From Fistulifera solaris (lineage: Eukaryota): a stretch of 64,000 bases of DNA. Under the pieces are notes generated by a model that saw only the letters and a list, made by a program, of their open reading frames with translations, had not been told where the DNA came from and did not search any database. Shown here one piece after another: positions 11,979-24,683 of this stretch. The stretch's first letter is position 1, and each line of letters begins with the position of its first letter. The stretch spans positions 1,860,001 to 1,924,000 of the forward strand of contig AP026124.1 of the NCBI GenBank assembly GCA_030295235.1, written 5' to 3'. A program made the position numbers and the translations under genes.

Positions 11979-12738
11979 AGTTGTAATTGTTTGCGTCGAT
12001 CGTTGGTGACGAGGAGAAGTCGATTTGTGCACTCAAAACGATGGACTATTGTGCGTGGTCTCCAAGGTGTCCAGTTTTTTTTTCAGATAAAAAAAACGTT
12101 TATGAGTGTATTGTTTGGTTTTTATTATCGAGAGCAGTTTTTTCAGGAGAGACCAGTTTCCACAATAAAATGTTATTGTCGACTTTGGAGATGCGAGCGG
12201 AAACGTTTGGCGTTTTGACGTTTTCGCGGAGTGTCTCTTGTCTGGTCGGAGTTTCTTTCCCGTATCACCTTCTTACACTTTATGGGTAGAGTGGAACAAT
12301 TCCCGACTAAAAAGTTCCGCCGTTTGGGCGAGCCAAATTCTTCGTCCATCCGTCCGTCCGTAAGAATGAATCGAATATAGCGGTGCGAATTGTGAATGTG
12401 AATACGTAACTATCCTTGAGTCGTCGTCAGCTTGGTCTCTCTGTTAGTTTTACTTTCATCCACACCTTTCTTTATGAACTTAATACCATCAAAATTGACG
12501 TGAATATTGACTGTTTAGTGTGAATTTAAAACGAGGAATAGAGCACGGATGCAACGCCTCGAAACTCTACTTTGTACGTAAAAAATCAGGTTGGCCTACT
12601 GTAACCGGTAACCTTAGGGAAATTATTTATCGACAGAGGAGAACCCGGATTTCGTCCGCACACCACAATAGAATGTTGAAAAATGGGTTGCATTTCTCAA
12701 ACAACAACAAGAAGCAAGAAGCCTACCGGTAACGACGA

Positions 12739-13908
12739 ATGGAAAAAGTCAGAATGACACGCATTCATGACTTGGTAGAGCCTTTCGGTGGAAAAAACAT
12801 TTTAGAGCTCCATCGTTTTGGTAATGCGACGCTGACGCGAGGAGCGTTCGGCCATATTTCGCTCGCCTTGCGATCGGACGACCAGAAATACGAGCTTGTG
12901 GCGATCAAACAGATTCAGGGAACTCTCAACAATCTACAAACGGATGCCTTTTATGAAATCAAGACACTTTGTGCGCTACAAAGCACTGACAAGAATGAAC
13001 CGCATCCCAATATAGTCAAACTGCTGGCCGTGTACGCCAAGGACTCATCGTCCTGGTCTTTGGCATTCGAATACTGCCCCGTAGATCTTTCTTTATCTTT
13101 GGAATGGAGACGTCGTAGAAGGAAACATCCGAGGTTGTTACATATAAATATCATTCGACTTATTGCGCGGGATATCTGGAACGCTCTTTCCTTTTGTCAT
13201 GCCAAGGGGATCGTTCATCGTGACATCAAGCCAGGAAATCTACTCGTGTCCAAAGATGGATATGTGCGACTCTGCGACTTTGGCTTGGCACGATCGTGTG
13301 CCGGTGACTCGAAAGGCCTATGTACTCTGTTTTATAGAGCCCCCGAAAGTTTGTTGGGTGATACGCAAAACTGCCGCCCCGCATTGGATCTCTTTGCCGC
13401 CGGACTAATTGTCGCCGAACTCTGTTTGGGTCGCACTTTGTGGGAAGGTACTAACGAGATGGAGCAATTGGGATTCATCTTTCGTTCCCTAGGGACACCG
13501 CATGAATGTCATTGGCCGGGTGCGCTGCAACTGGTTGAAACGTTCCATTATGGGACACTCCCGTTTGCTCCAACGAGCCCTCAGCTTTGGCGTACAATGG
13601 TACCGCGTGTGATGGAAAGCTCTGACTTGGAAGATTTCTTGGCATTGACAGTGGCTTTGGATCCAGATAAACGCATTTCTGCCAAACGCGCCATGGAACA
13701 CCCATGGTTGTGCCATGAAGCCGTGGTCAATAGGACCAGTCTACTTTGTGAATTAGTCCCCGACGAATTGGATGCGCCAATTTTTCTGTCTTCTCCGGAC
13801 GAAGCAACGTCCGAATTGGGCGAAGTTCCAGTTCGGCAAGTTTTGGGTTTAGCGAAGAGTAGGAGGGCGTTTCTTTCGCAGTTTGACACTTGGAGTGATA
13901 AATGCTGA
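12739..13908 (+). CDS. CDK-related (CMGC) Ser/Thr protein kinase
   Basis: GAFG, VAIK, HPNIVKL, HRDIKPGN, DFGLAR, TLFYRAPE; no PSTAIRE. Confidence 0.9.
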   Translation: MEKVRMTRIHDLVEPFGGKNILELHRFGNATLTRGAFGHISLALRSDDQKYELVAIKQIQGTLNNLQTDAFYEIKTLCALQSTDKNEPHPNIVKLLAVYAKDSSSWSLAFEYCPVDLSLSLEWRRRRRKHPRLLHINIIRLIARDIWNALSFCHAKGIVHRDIKPGNLLVSKDGYVRLCDFGLARSCAGDSKGLCTLFYRAPESLLGDTQNCRPALDLFAAGLIVAELCLGRTLWEGTNEMEQLGFIFRSLGTPHECHWPGALQLVETFHYGTLPFAPTSPQLWRTMVPRVMESSDLEDFLALTVALDPDKRISAKRAMEHPWLCHEAVVNRTSLLCELVPDELDAPIFLSSPDEATSELGEVPVRQVLGLAKSRRAFLSQFDTWSDKC

Positions 13909-14025
13909 CAAGGACGTTGACCCCTTATGTCTACAGTGTCACTAAAGTAAATTCTTCGTATTAGTTCTACTTCCTTATGATTATGCTCTTCTGTTTCCAA
14001 ATTAACAAAGTCTAGCCTGGAATGG

Positions 14026-17000
14026 TCAGCTCTGGTCATTGTAATCTTGCGTCGGGTATAGATTGGTATCCGCGAAGTTCCCGTAATTTTGATTCGGCCA
14101 CTGGGAGCTAGGTGACATCCCCTGTTGCAGTTGAGATCCTGCGTTCATCGTTGTATAATTGTTGTGAAGAAGTGGGGAAGCGAAAGCAGCCGCGCTCGGG
14201 TTCTGATTTAATTTCGCCGGCGAAGACCCAAAACTCATTGGGGCCTCTTGTTGCATGCCGGAATGACTTTGCTGCTGGAGGAGTGAATATGCACTTTCCA
14301 TGTTCGTCGTCTGTTGGAATGTGTTGCTGGATTGTTGTGGGAGCTGCGGTGAGGGTGTCATTGTGCTTTGTGGTTGAAGAGTCGAAAAATTCGATCCGGG
14401 CATGATAGCGTTTCTCTGTTGGTACTGTCCTTGGCCCATGAACGATTGAGGAGCACTGAATTGCTGGTTTTGGTTATTGAATTGTGGATTCGACGGCTGA
14501 GATGCCTGATTCGTGAATAGTCCTGGAGGGGAAGTGTGAGTCTGCATCGTTGTATTGTTTGTCTGTTCAAACTGATTTTGTCCAGTGCTAGCTTGGGATG
14601 CATTGAATCCACTTTGCTGCTGGGTCGGCCACATGCATGTCGTCTGTTGCTGTATAGCGTTGTTAACCTGCATTTGACGATTTGCCATTGCGTTATTATT
14701 TTGTGTCATCCCAAATTGAAATGGCGGCATGTTGTTGTACCCGACACTTGAGAACTGATTATTGGAGTATGCATTCATGTTCATGGCTGGATAGTTCATC
14801 ATACTACTCATACTTGGCATTGAGCCTGACGCTTGCGTAGCTCCACTAGAATTTTGCAACATCATTCCAGTGTTTTGTACCGAATTTGATGAGGGTGTGG
14901 TCACGTTGAAAGGTGGCATTATCATTCCTATCGTATTGTGCATTGGATTCGGTGTGGAGGACGCCGTCATCATATTTGTCGTATTTTGCACAGGGTTCGA
15001 TGAGGATGACGTGCCGTGAAAGTTTGTCATGTACATTCCCACCGATGTCGGCATATGATTCGATACCTGTGTCGCTCCGTTGAAAGATCCCGCCGTAGTT
15101 TCCGCCATATTCTGGATTGAATTCATCGCAGATGATTTCCCGCCAAAGTTTTGCGATGTCATCCTCGCCCCATTCGGCATCAGATTCGACGCTGCTGTCG
15201 CCCCGCTGAAGTTTTGGACCATCGTGCCCATCGTATTCTGCACCGTCTTGGATGCAGGTGCTGCACTTCCCGAAGCACCCATCATCGGATTCGACACAGA
15301 CATTTGGCCACTCGCATTTTGATTCATCATGCTATGCATCATCATGTTTTGCATCACCATTCTTTGCATCATCATCATATTGTAAGTGACGTTGTTTCCG
15401 CCGATTGTCACCCCTTGGTTGTATTGGTCATAAAAACCATTCTGCGCGGATGCGTTCCCGTTGGGAACAGACTTTTTCGAACGGGGTAATGGAAGCGGTG
15501 TTGATTTATTTAAAGTTGTTTCATCAGAGAAAGGCTTTGAAGATTTCGTCTTCGTTTCTAGATTTTGCGATTGTGACATTTTTCTTTGTAAGTCTTCATA
15601 TAATTGCCTTGACACCCTACTTTTCTCCATTTGACTATGAATCAATACGGGCAGATCGACAAAAGTTGTCGAATACCAAGTAGCGGTCGGATGCTTGTGT
15701 TTTGATACTAAATGTTCCATCAGGCCCGTGCGAAGGTCTCGGTAACTCTCAATGATAGCTGCACTCGGATGATTCTTTCCTGAATTAAAACGTTGCGCGT
15801 AAGATGCAGCTCTTCGAATTGTCTGCGGGTAGATAAAGAGCTCTTGTGAGAAGGGAAAGTACAATTAATGTTTTCAAAACTAAAATACTCACCGGGCTAT
15901 CCAGATAAGTCTCGAGGGAACTCGCTAGTAAGAGGAATTCTTCGAACGATCTGCACTCGAACACCCGTTTCCTCCAGACATGAAAATTCGCTACTTGACC
16001 GACTTCAAATTCATTCGAATATGTGACAAAAGGAGCAACAACTCCACCTGCATTTCTTGCAAGATACCGAGTCACTGCCTTGGGAAAGCTACCATAGGCC
16101 GGAAAAGGCTGACGGCCGCATATTGGCCATAGGGGCTCAAAGTTGAACGACCCTGATAAGTCGCTTCGTGTCTCCTCGAATTTCATTTTCCTTGGCAAAG
16201 TAAAAGAAGCTTTTGTAGACACCGAATCTGCAGTAGCATCGGCATTACGGATACTTCCTAACGAATAGCGCGAGCTACGAAGCCTTTTGACTGGTGGACC
16301 ATCCACTTCGCCTTCATTGCTAGACTTCTGTCCCAAGGCTTCCTTAGAGCTGTCGCCTAGGTCTCCGCAATCATTCAAACCGTTTGTATTAAGAGACTTA
16401 CTAATAAAACATTTTCTGCCTCTCTTTCTCATCGTCATCCCAAGCTCTGGATCCGATTCCTTGATCCAATCAGTAAGCGAGTAACTCGCTCGTCTAAGCA
16501 AGCAATGAATGGAAGCAACAGGACACGTTTGCCAACATCTCATTACTGCCAGCATTGACACGTCTGCGTCAACATCGTACTGAACGGTTTTGTTCTGGGT
16601 GTGAGTTAACGATTTTTCTTGCCAGGTCGTTTTTGTCCTTGAGCAGTTGAACCACGTCAAATCGAAAGCAAGGGGATGAGTTGCATCAATCAGCTTCACA
16701 AGCATCAAAGCTAACCTCCGTAAAGATTTGCATTTTTGTACAGCTGTTCTCCATTGTATTGAAATTTCTGTTGGTACTACGGCACCCCATTGTGGATCCA
16801 AGAGTGCCGCTTTCAATAGCTTTGCCTCCAGGTCGAGCATAAATTTTCGAATTATCTCTAAAGGGTCGAATACTGATGTGTCAACCATGATCGCCTTCTT
16901 GAGAAGATGATCCAATGCCATATCTGGTCGCAAACAGTCCCATAGCTGGAAAGAAAAGGCATGGTGCCACCGTCCTTCGTACTCCACAGCTTCAGAGTCA

Positions 17001-19563
17001 TTGGTATTTGTCATCGGCGAATACTTGTTCGCGTACAGGCAAGGATTGTAATTTTCATATGAACTAATGTATTTGAATCCTGCCGATGCTGGGAGGACGT
17101 TGACATCCCTCAGAGCTGGTTCACTCAATGGAATTTGTACTAGGGGCCACGCAGAACACACATCAGTTCCGAGCTTAGACAAATGCAGTTTCAAATTCTC
17201 ACTGCGTAGTGGCACGGGGGGTTTCATCAATGCTTCTCCCTTCGTTTTGCAGAATACGAAGCCATGCACGCATAGGTATTCCGAATCATCTTCATCAAGA
17301 GCATGCTGATTTGAGTCGAGAGTACCATACGCGTTGATTGGCAGCATTGCATTTCCGAAGCCAGTATAACGTCGATCGGTGTAGGTTTTAGCGCATTGCA
17401 CCAAAGTATTCCCATCGGACCATCCAATACAAGGTTTTCGACCTTTGTCTAAAGGCCCAAACATAGAGGGATCAACAAGTGTGCATTCGGGGCAGAACCA
17501 CTTTCCCTCAGGCAAGGGACCTGTTCTAGGCAGACCAGAACATTCCCTGTGGTAACTTGAAATGCAACCATCACAACAAATAAGATCTCCTTCTTGTTTG
17601 CAAACGCTACACCAGTCATCGTTATTCATATCCTCTAGGTCCTTCGGCGTTGGAAGACGCCCGAACGGCAAAGCAAAGGACGATGTGTTTTGGTTTCGAA
17701 TTGTTATCTCTGCAGATATATCGTCGATCATCAAGAGTTCGTCGAGTAGAAATTCCAACATGAAAAGCTTGTTCTTCAGACTGAGCTTGTGGTAGGGGAG
17801 GCCTTGTCGTAGGCGCCGAAGTGGTCGAAAATGAGACCAAGCTGCTTCCTCATTATTCTCCATAACGGATGCAGACCTTACATTATCTTCGTCGACTTCC
17901 ATTTGATCTACAGAGGCTTCCTGTGTACCGCTACCGGTAATGGGTTCGCCACGAATAAACTGTTGAACAACTTGATCAATGTCAACGGTACATTTCACAT
18001 TCGAAACCTCGTTTTTCCGTCGTTCTCCATCGAAAGAGGAGCTGGGTGAATAGTAGCCGGCGTGTCGGACACCTGTCTGTCAGAACTCGGGATTTCAGGC
18101 GAGGCGAAGACTTGCTTCATTGCCACATCGGATATGGGTCTCGTCGATTTCAAATTTGCTGCCTCAGTCCTCAATATTGAATCTTGGAAGTGGACGTGCT
18201 TTGACCCATCTGATACATTTACATGTAGCTCCTCAACATGTAACGCGGGCTTCTCGGGAGATTGCGATATCGAACGGTGTTCGTCGGGTGGAGTTCTTTC
18301 TGTCCACAAGTTTTCGGCTGCGTCGCTTGTGTTGTTTATAACGAGTGGGTGAGCCATGGTGGCTGCGTATTCAGTCCCATTCTGTCCCAAATCGTAAACC
18401 GGCTTTTCTGTGTCGTGGACGCCTGGAAAATGGCTTGTGAAAGGAGATAGAGAGTGCCAGTGGCCATCAAATGTCGTTCCTGCGGTAAATTGAGGCTGTG
18501 TGGATGACCTTGGATAATAAAAACTCTCTTCTTGGCTGGGGTTGTATTGAATTGTTGTATGAGGTATAGTAGGATGACTTGCGGGTACTTCCTCGCTTTT
18601 ACTTCGGCGGGGACGTTTTTGGAATCGTTTGATTTTTTCGTTGTTCGCTTCCAAGCGCTCGTAATATTTCCATCATAACTAGCATCTGAGTCGTCGTCAT
18701 TGACAAACGATTCATCATCACTTTCTACGTCATTCTCTTCAAACATATACAGCGTTGAGGGAGCATGACTCGATCGAACGGGTTGCTTATTGCCTCCTTC
18801 CTCTTCGACGTCGACGGCGACGTCCTCCCTTACGGAACCCATGTTGCGATGGTCGTGATACAGCGTATCATCGTTCATGGAGTGATAGAGAACATCCGCA
18901 GTAAGATGACAGTAATCATCGTAAAATACCGGCCAACTGATGCTATCGAGAAGCTGCAAATTATCCCCCGCCCGCAATTGCCACAAAATTCCGTCGATTT
19001 TCCGCTTCTTGGCCACCAAAAGTGGTTGATGTTTTTCACCGAAATGATATCCCATTTTCAAATGAGTCAGCAGTCTCCGAAGAAGCGCCACATGTACACG
19101 TCCTATTAAAATACTGGGTATCGGAAGGTACAGAGCACGAAGAAACGCGGTCGGGGCAAAGGGAGACAAGGCCAAATGCGTGCTCAAGGTTCGGAGCAGG
19201 GAATATGCCGCCAACGCGCGGAACGCCAGGTCTTCCGGAAAACCTGACGGCAATGCAGAAGCCACAAATGGGTCGGAGAATTCGTTTTCCATTGATTTCG
19301 GTAGTTGAGGTATTTCCTTCTTTGGTTTCTTGTGTCGTTTCGGTGGACGTACCGCGCGCGGGTCGTCGCCATGAGGGAGCATCGGCGGGCCCTTTTGTTG
19401 GGCCCATAATATCTTTCCTGTAATACCAGAATGGATTCGTTCATCTTTTTAATCTAATTCAATGATCTAGGATCGTAGAAAATGCATACCTCTTGAACGC
19501 CTCTTTGGTTTGCGTTGTTTCGGCAATGCGCAATACCTGGTACTGCACCACACTTTTTATCAT
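14026..19563 (-). CDS. Large DDT + PHD finger chromatin protein with low-complexity M/N/Q C-terminus (multi-exon, frameshifted)
   Basis: DDT-like RALAAYSLLRTLSTHLALSPFAPTAFLRAL; PHD NDDWCSVCKQEGDLICCDGCISSYHREC...WFCPEC; GT-AG introns near 15890-15827 and 19487-19419; 5' end approximate. Confidence 0.75.
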
Positions 19564-19837
19564 CCCAACCACATTTCAAATATTTGAATTATTTGTTGCA
19601 TACAAAATTCCACATTCCATGTGTCTTTCGGCTGTCGGCAATCCGGGACTCGCTAGCAGCTACACTTTGTAGGAAGTGTCATTATGATTCGTGAGTCACC
19701 GCGATCCCGGTTCCGAAACGTGTTAGTTTCGATAGTTTTAGTCGTACGGCACTGAATACTTATGGCATGGAACAGTTTTTAACCGTTGACTTTAGACACT
19801 CTGACCTAACAGTAAGAGAACGACTCCTCCTTGAGAG

Positions 19838-22075
19838 TTGACTTTGGTGACATCCTACGTAGTACCAGATATGGTTTGTGCAGCTTCGATCACGCGCCTT
19901 CACAAAGGCGGTGATGCCGGTCCTTGTGGATGCTCACATCCTCCGCATCGGAAGTGTTACACAAAGGGAATCAAACAGCTGCAGCGTTTGATTAGTTCCA
20001 TCTGTTCAGCTTCAAAAATGGAAAGTTGTTTTGATAGGACGCAGGGATTGCCTGGCGGGCTGATACGTTGCAATGCCAACCGAGCGCTTTGCGAAATGCC
20101 GGTAGTTCATTTCCTTTCCCGAAGAATTGGCCTTCCGTGGTTTCAACTGAACAGTGCGACGGAACGTTTTTGTATATATCCTATTTCAAAGTGTCGAACT
20201 TTATTGATAAGGAGAGTCTTGAAGCTGCGGAAAAGCAAGTCTTTTTGTCGACCATGGCTTTCGCGACTGCTACTAGTGACGCTTTATTTTGCAATCGGTC
20301 AAGCACAGCAAATAGATGCTCCCCAAGCGACCACTCAGGCACCTGCTCCGATACCTCTCCCTTCTTCTATAGCGCCTAGTTGGATTCCGAGCATAATACC
20401 GTCCGTGAAACCATCGACGTTTCCCTCTAGTTCGGCGCAGCCCACTTTGTCCTTCGTTCCATCGTCAGGACCTTCGCAATCAAAAATTCCTTCCGCTCTG
20501 CCATCTTTCGCTCCGACACTGTTTCCGACATTGACTGCGCTTTCCAGTCGACGAGCCAACTATCAGCAGGAGTTCATCATGCCCGAAGATGACACCTTTT
20601 TCACTTCCGACGAGCTCAGCAACATGACGGTGCTATTTAACAACTACACAGAGAAATTTGCCCCGGAACATGCTATGCATTCGACAACCAATTGCACAGC
20701 TCTCATTGGGGATCAACAAAAGTTTAGCATAGACGGGACGGACCGAGCAAGATTGATCCTACTTTACAACTGTTTGTATTCATCACGACGAATTTCGGTG
20801 TTGGATTTTCCCGACCTCTATGTGGCCTTTGTCAACGGGAATTTGGACAATTTTACATCGAATGTTCAGACTATTGTGCCCCGACTGTTTAGCGCTAATA
20901 CTGTCGTCAGCTTTGCTATCAGCACGGAAGCTCCGACGACGAGCCCGTATCCGACATTTGTCCCCACCGATGAGCCCACCTATTCGGACCAACCCTCACT
21001 GGTCCCCAGCGAATTGCCTACCGAAAAACCAGTCCTTCCTACGGCTTCTCCGACGGATGTCTTACTTACTTTACAACCAGCGCCTCCACCGACGAGTCCC
21101 CCGACCGATCGAAAGCCGGTGGGCCTGATTAGCGGCGTCGTTGTGGGAGCAGGAGTGTTGGGCTTGGCGGCGCTGGTGGCTCTCTACTTTTACCTCAAAA
21201 TGAAGCAGCGACAAGAGAATGCATCGAGACAGGCTGCACTCGACAAAGAGCAAGTTGTTGCAGACGAGTATCCATCGTATGCCGGAGGCGACGACAGAGA
21301 GGCGAACAATGTGAGTTCGCCGATATCACCCAGTGATTCGTTGCTTTCTCAGAAATCGTTGCTGTCCCATGGTGATTCGGTGCTCGATGACAAATCGACA
21401 GATGAATTGGATGGAACCAAGGGTTTGCAAGATGAGTTTGATCAATTCCGCGACCAGACGTTGGAGCAGTTCCGGTCGAATGTGGAAGGTAGCTTAGCAG
21501 GCTTTGAGGGGATTATGAGTGCGGCCGTCACCAAAGCCCTCATGGGCGATGATGATATCGACAACAATCCCACAATCTTACTCTGGGGCTGCCAAGCAGA
21601 TCCAAGTTCTGTCGAAATTGAGGCGAGCGCCCTGTGCGAAGTGAACGATTGGCTGAAACGAAACGAGTCTTCCTCCGCCGAAAAGAAACGGCTGTTCATG
21701 AACGACATTATCAATCGCATGCTGGCAACGACGCGGTCCGGATATCTGCGTGCTGACGATGCGTCACGAACGGTTCATGAATCCGCCGCTTTATTGGGTC
21801 TTCCTCTCGCGAACGAACTTTCCATGACCACGGTACTTTTTAGCGGTATGCGAAAGACTATTGAGGCCTCGGACATGGTGAAAGTCCTTCGTGAATTCGG
21901 TGATATCGATGTCGCGGCCGTAGCGTCGGGTCAACGAGGCTTTGGGCTCGTACGGTACCGCAACAGCAAATCGGTTGAAAAGGCCTTACGTCGGTATCGC
22001 GATGGCGAAATCGTGATACAGGATGTTGCTGTGCAAATGAAAGTCCTACAACCCAGTGGAACTGTAGATAGCTAG
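19838..22075 (+). CDS. Type I membrane protein: signal peptide, Pro/Ser/Thr-rich ectodomain, TM helix, C-terminal RRM
   Basis: LSRLLLVTLYFAIGQA signal; PSxxP repeats; TM GLISGVVVGAGVLGLAALVALYFYL; RRM TVLFSGM...LREFGDI...RGFGLVRY; true start probably 20096-20255. Confidence 0.75.
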   Translation: MTLVTSYVVPDMVCAASITRLHKGGDAGPCGCSHPPHRKCYTKGIKQLQRLISSICSASKMESCFDRTQGLPGGLIRCNANRALCEMPVVHFLSRRIGLPWFQLNSATERFCIYPISKCRTLLIRRVLKLRKSKSFCRPWLSRLLLVTLYFAIGQAQQIDAPQATTQAPAPIPLPSSIAPSWIPSIIPSVKPSTFPSSSAQPTLSFVPSSGPSQSKIPSALPSFAPTLFPTLTALSSRRANYQQEFIMPEDDTFFTSDELSNMTVLFNNYTEKFAPEHAMHSTTNCTALIGDQQKFSIDGTDRARLILLYNCLYSSRRISVLDFPDLYVAFVNGNLDNFTSNVQTIVPRLFSANTVVSFAISTEAPTTSPYPTFVPTDEPTYSDQPSLVPSELPTEKPVLPTASPTDVLLTLQPAPPPTSPPTDRKPVGLISGVVVGAGVLGLAALVALYFYLKMKQRQENASRQAALDKEQVVADEYPSYAGGDDREANNVSSPISPSDSLLSQKSLLSHGDSVLDDKSTDELDGTKGLQDEFDQFRDQTLEQFRSNVEGSLAGFEGIMSAAVTKALMGDDDIDNNPTILLWGCQADPSSVEIEASALCEVNDWLKRNESSSAEKKRLFMNDIINRMLATTRSGYLRADDASRTVHESAALLGLPLANELSMTTVLFSGMRKTIEASDMVKVLREFGDIDVAAVASGQRGFGLVRYRNSKSVEKALRRYRDGEIVIQDVAVQMKVLQPSGTVDS

Positions 22076-22128
22076 TTCTCGAGTGCCACAGAGGAATACC
22101 TTCATAGTGATGATGCTTTACTACAGTG

Positions 22129-22698
22129 TCATATTAGTTTTATTAAAGCGTAACCCACGGAGTGGGATGCACTTCCTTCGAGATGATCAACGAAGTCATG
22201 AATGGTTGGTGGATTACTTGTTTTCATTTGTTCGATGGCGGACGAGGCGTCCTGGACTGTACACTCCAGTGGTCGTACCCATTGACCTCCGAGATCATCT
22301 TTCCCAAACGCCTCCAGGAGTTTATCCACATTTCCTTCACCGTTTCGACACGCCACTAATTTCGCATTCTGTAACACCAGAAGGACAGGTTCTAGGTCCT
22401 TGGTTTCCAAGTTTGCCGCCATGCGCAACGCCACCGGTCCCGCTTTCGTGTCGTGCAGCAAGGCCGGAGCGGTATACCATCCCACAATGGTCTTATTGTG
22501 AATCAAACCCATGGCTGTTTCGACCAAGGGTCGCGTCGGAGTTCCATGACAGACCGGTATCGCATTCTGAACGACTCCGGCCATGGGACCGACCAATAAT
22601 CCGTGGATGGCTTCGTAGGGGTGGGAGGCCGCATGTTGCGTGACAATCAGGAGCGCCGACGGTTCGACCGACACTTTTTGGATGGATTGTTTGGTCAT
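22129..22698 (-). CDS. EMC8: ER membrane complex subunit 8/9 (UPF0172)
   Basis: HAASHPYEAIHGLLVG...NAIPVCH...IVGWY...IHDFVDHLE. Confidence 0.8.
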   Translation of the reverse strand: MTKQSIQKVSVEPSALLIVTQHAASHPYEAIHGLLVGPMAGVVQNAIPVCHGTPTRPLVETAMGLIHNKTIVGWYTAPALLHDTKAGPVALRMAANLETKDLEPVLLVLQNAKLVACRNGEGNVDKLLEAFGKDDLGGQWVRPLECTVQDASSAIEQMKTSNPPTIHDFVDHLEGSASHSVGYALIKLI

Positions 22699-22841
22699 TA
22701 CTTCTTCAACTGATCCACTGAAATAATGAATAAATGAATCGAATTTTCTTTTCGAATTTTGAGACTTTATACGTTGTTGTATTGGTTCAGAAAATGCATT
22801 TAAAACCTTGTTTGCTGTTTGGTTTTTTATTTTATATCGTC

Positions 22842-23470
22842 TCGTGACTGAAATCCAGTCGTGATACTTGTACATGGTACTTGTATGTACCAGGGAAGGA
22901 CGTTAAAATTCTGCCTCCCAGTACAATATTCTACGTAGCGTCTACGACGAGCCAGAATTTTAACGCCGTTCCGAGCACCGGTAAGGTACAAAGTACTACG
23001 TACTAAGGTAATTTTTCGCCGAGAATGCGCTCCATGGACATGGAATACTTTTTCACGTAATAAGGCCAAATCAAAGTGCATCACGGATGTAACTAGCTAC
23101 TAGCTCTCAAAAGCAACGGTATTGATGGAAGCATGATCCCCTTTCGGAATGGTCGTGCAGATCCTTACGTACTTTGTACAAACTCGTTGTTTTGTTTCGT
23201 GATTGAAATCTGCAGTCGTGCAAAAGGTTGCCTACAAGTTGCGTCATAGTAAATCTTTGTTGTCAAGCAATGGATAACGTTTCGTCGACATAGATCCACA
23301 TCAAACGCGTATTGAAAGCCTAAAGAGCTTTTAACAGCACGTGTAGCAATAATAAATAAAGCTTCTTCAAAAGAGGTCGTGGGGAGCACAATGCGGACCA
23401 TACGTAATACGTACGAACATCGTTGTTTGGATCGTGACTGAAATTCAGTCACGGATAAAGGTTGCCTTGC
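22842..23470 (-). repeat. Three reverse-orientation copies of repeat family B
   Basis: 22842 tcgtgactgaaatccagtcgtga; 23197 tcgtgattgaaatctgcagtcgtgcaaaaggttgcc; 23432 tcgtgactgaaattcagtcacggataaaggttgcc. Confidence 0.6.
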
Positions 23471-23802
23471 ATTTGGAACTACTAGTAATTTGAGGTGCAG
23501 CAGTTGCCTTGCGGTTCATCACCGTGACCGTATTTTGTAACTTTCGCGTCATTTCTGTTATCGGCTTGTCATTGTTGTTGTCTTGCTTTCACCTTGAAAA
23601 CAAAAATTTTCCTTTGTTTCTACTGTTGGCACAAGTAAAGATCGTTTACAAATATACCTGGTAACGGCTTAAAAGTCGGAGACGATCGTGAGAGGTGCTA
23701 CTGTCACACAAACACCCAACATCACATTCAACGTTTGTGCCTTATTTCGGTGCATTCAAGTGAATTAGTGATTATACTACTTTCGTATTCTTTACCAGCC
23801 CC

Positions 23803-24683
23803 ATGAAAGGAACAGAACCACTATATCCACGCGAAAAGAGCGATGCAACAAAGAACAAGAAGTACCATTGGTTCACCAGACCATCCGTTTTCCACAATTC
23901 ATCTTGGCAAGCCGCGACTCTTTTACCCAGTCTATCCGTTTGTTTCAAGGTAGCATTGGGAATCACTACTACGCTTTATATTCTCAATCAGAGTCATTTG
24001 CTACCAAAGCCGCTTTCTGCGGTGGTCAGTAAAACGTTGTTTTGGCCGACTTTGCCAATCACTGTCTTGAAGCGATTGGGACGATGGACCACCCGTGTCG
24101 ATGAGACTGTATTAATGGGAGGTGCTCCTTTTGGTTTTGCTGGTCTTCCCGAATCGCTTCATGACAATTATGGGGTGAGTTTCCTTTGTCACATTTCTCT
24201 TATTTTCTATAATCCTATCAAGGTCGTTTCACTGTTGCATTATTTCAACATTAGGTTCGTGGTGTCATCAACATGTGCGAAGAGTATCGCGGTCCTCTAA
24301 GAGAATACAGTAGGCTAGGAATGAAAGAGCTCTGGCTTCCCACGGTCGATCACTTTGAACCATCGATCAAAGATCTGAATCGGGCCGTGCAGTTCATTGA
24401 GCGACATCGGCGAATGGGGTCGAGAGTCTATGTTCATTGTCGAGCGGGACACGGACGCTCCGCGGCAGCTGTGTTTGCTTGGTTACTTTCGAAGGATCCA
24501 TCCGTGGACCGAAAAACGTTGAATGAAGACTTGTGCAAACTTCGAGATGTGAGAACAACACTCTGGCAACAGCCGAATATCATTAAATACCATACTTCGC
24601 TTTTGTCAGGAGATGACGACGGCATTGGGTGGACTGGCGAGGAAGCACATGACAGCAAAGTTGATGACGATGATTCTCGATAG
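23803..24683 (+). CDS. PTPMT1: PTPMT1-like dual-specificity / phosphatidylglycerophosphate phosphatase (intron 24175-24254)
   Basis: LFWPTLP, GVINMCEEY, LPTVDH, VYVHCRAGHGRSA; a clean GT-AG intron joins the two ORFs. Confidence 0.85.
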
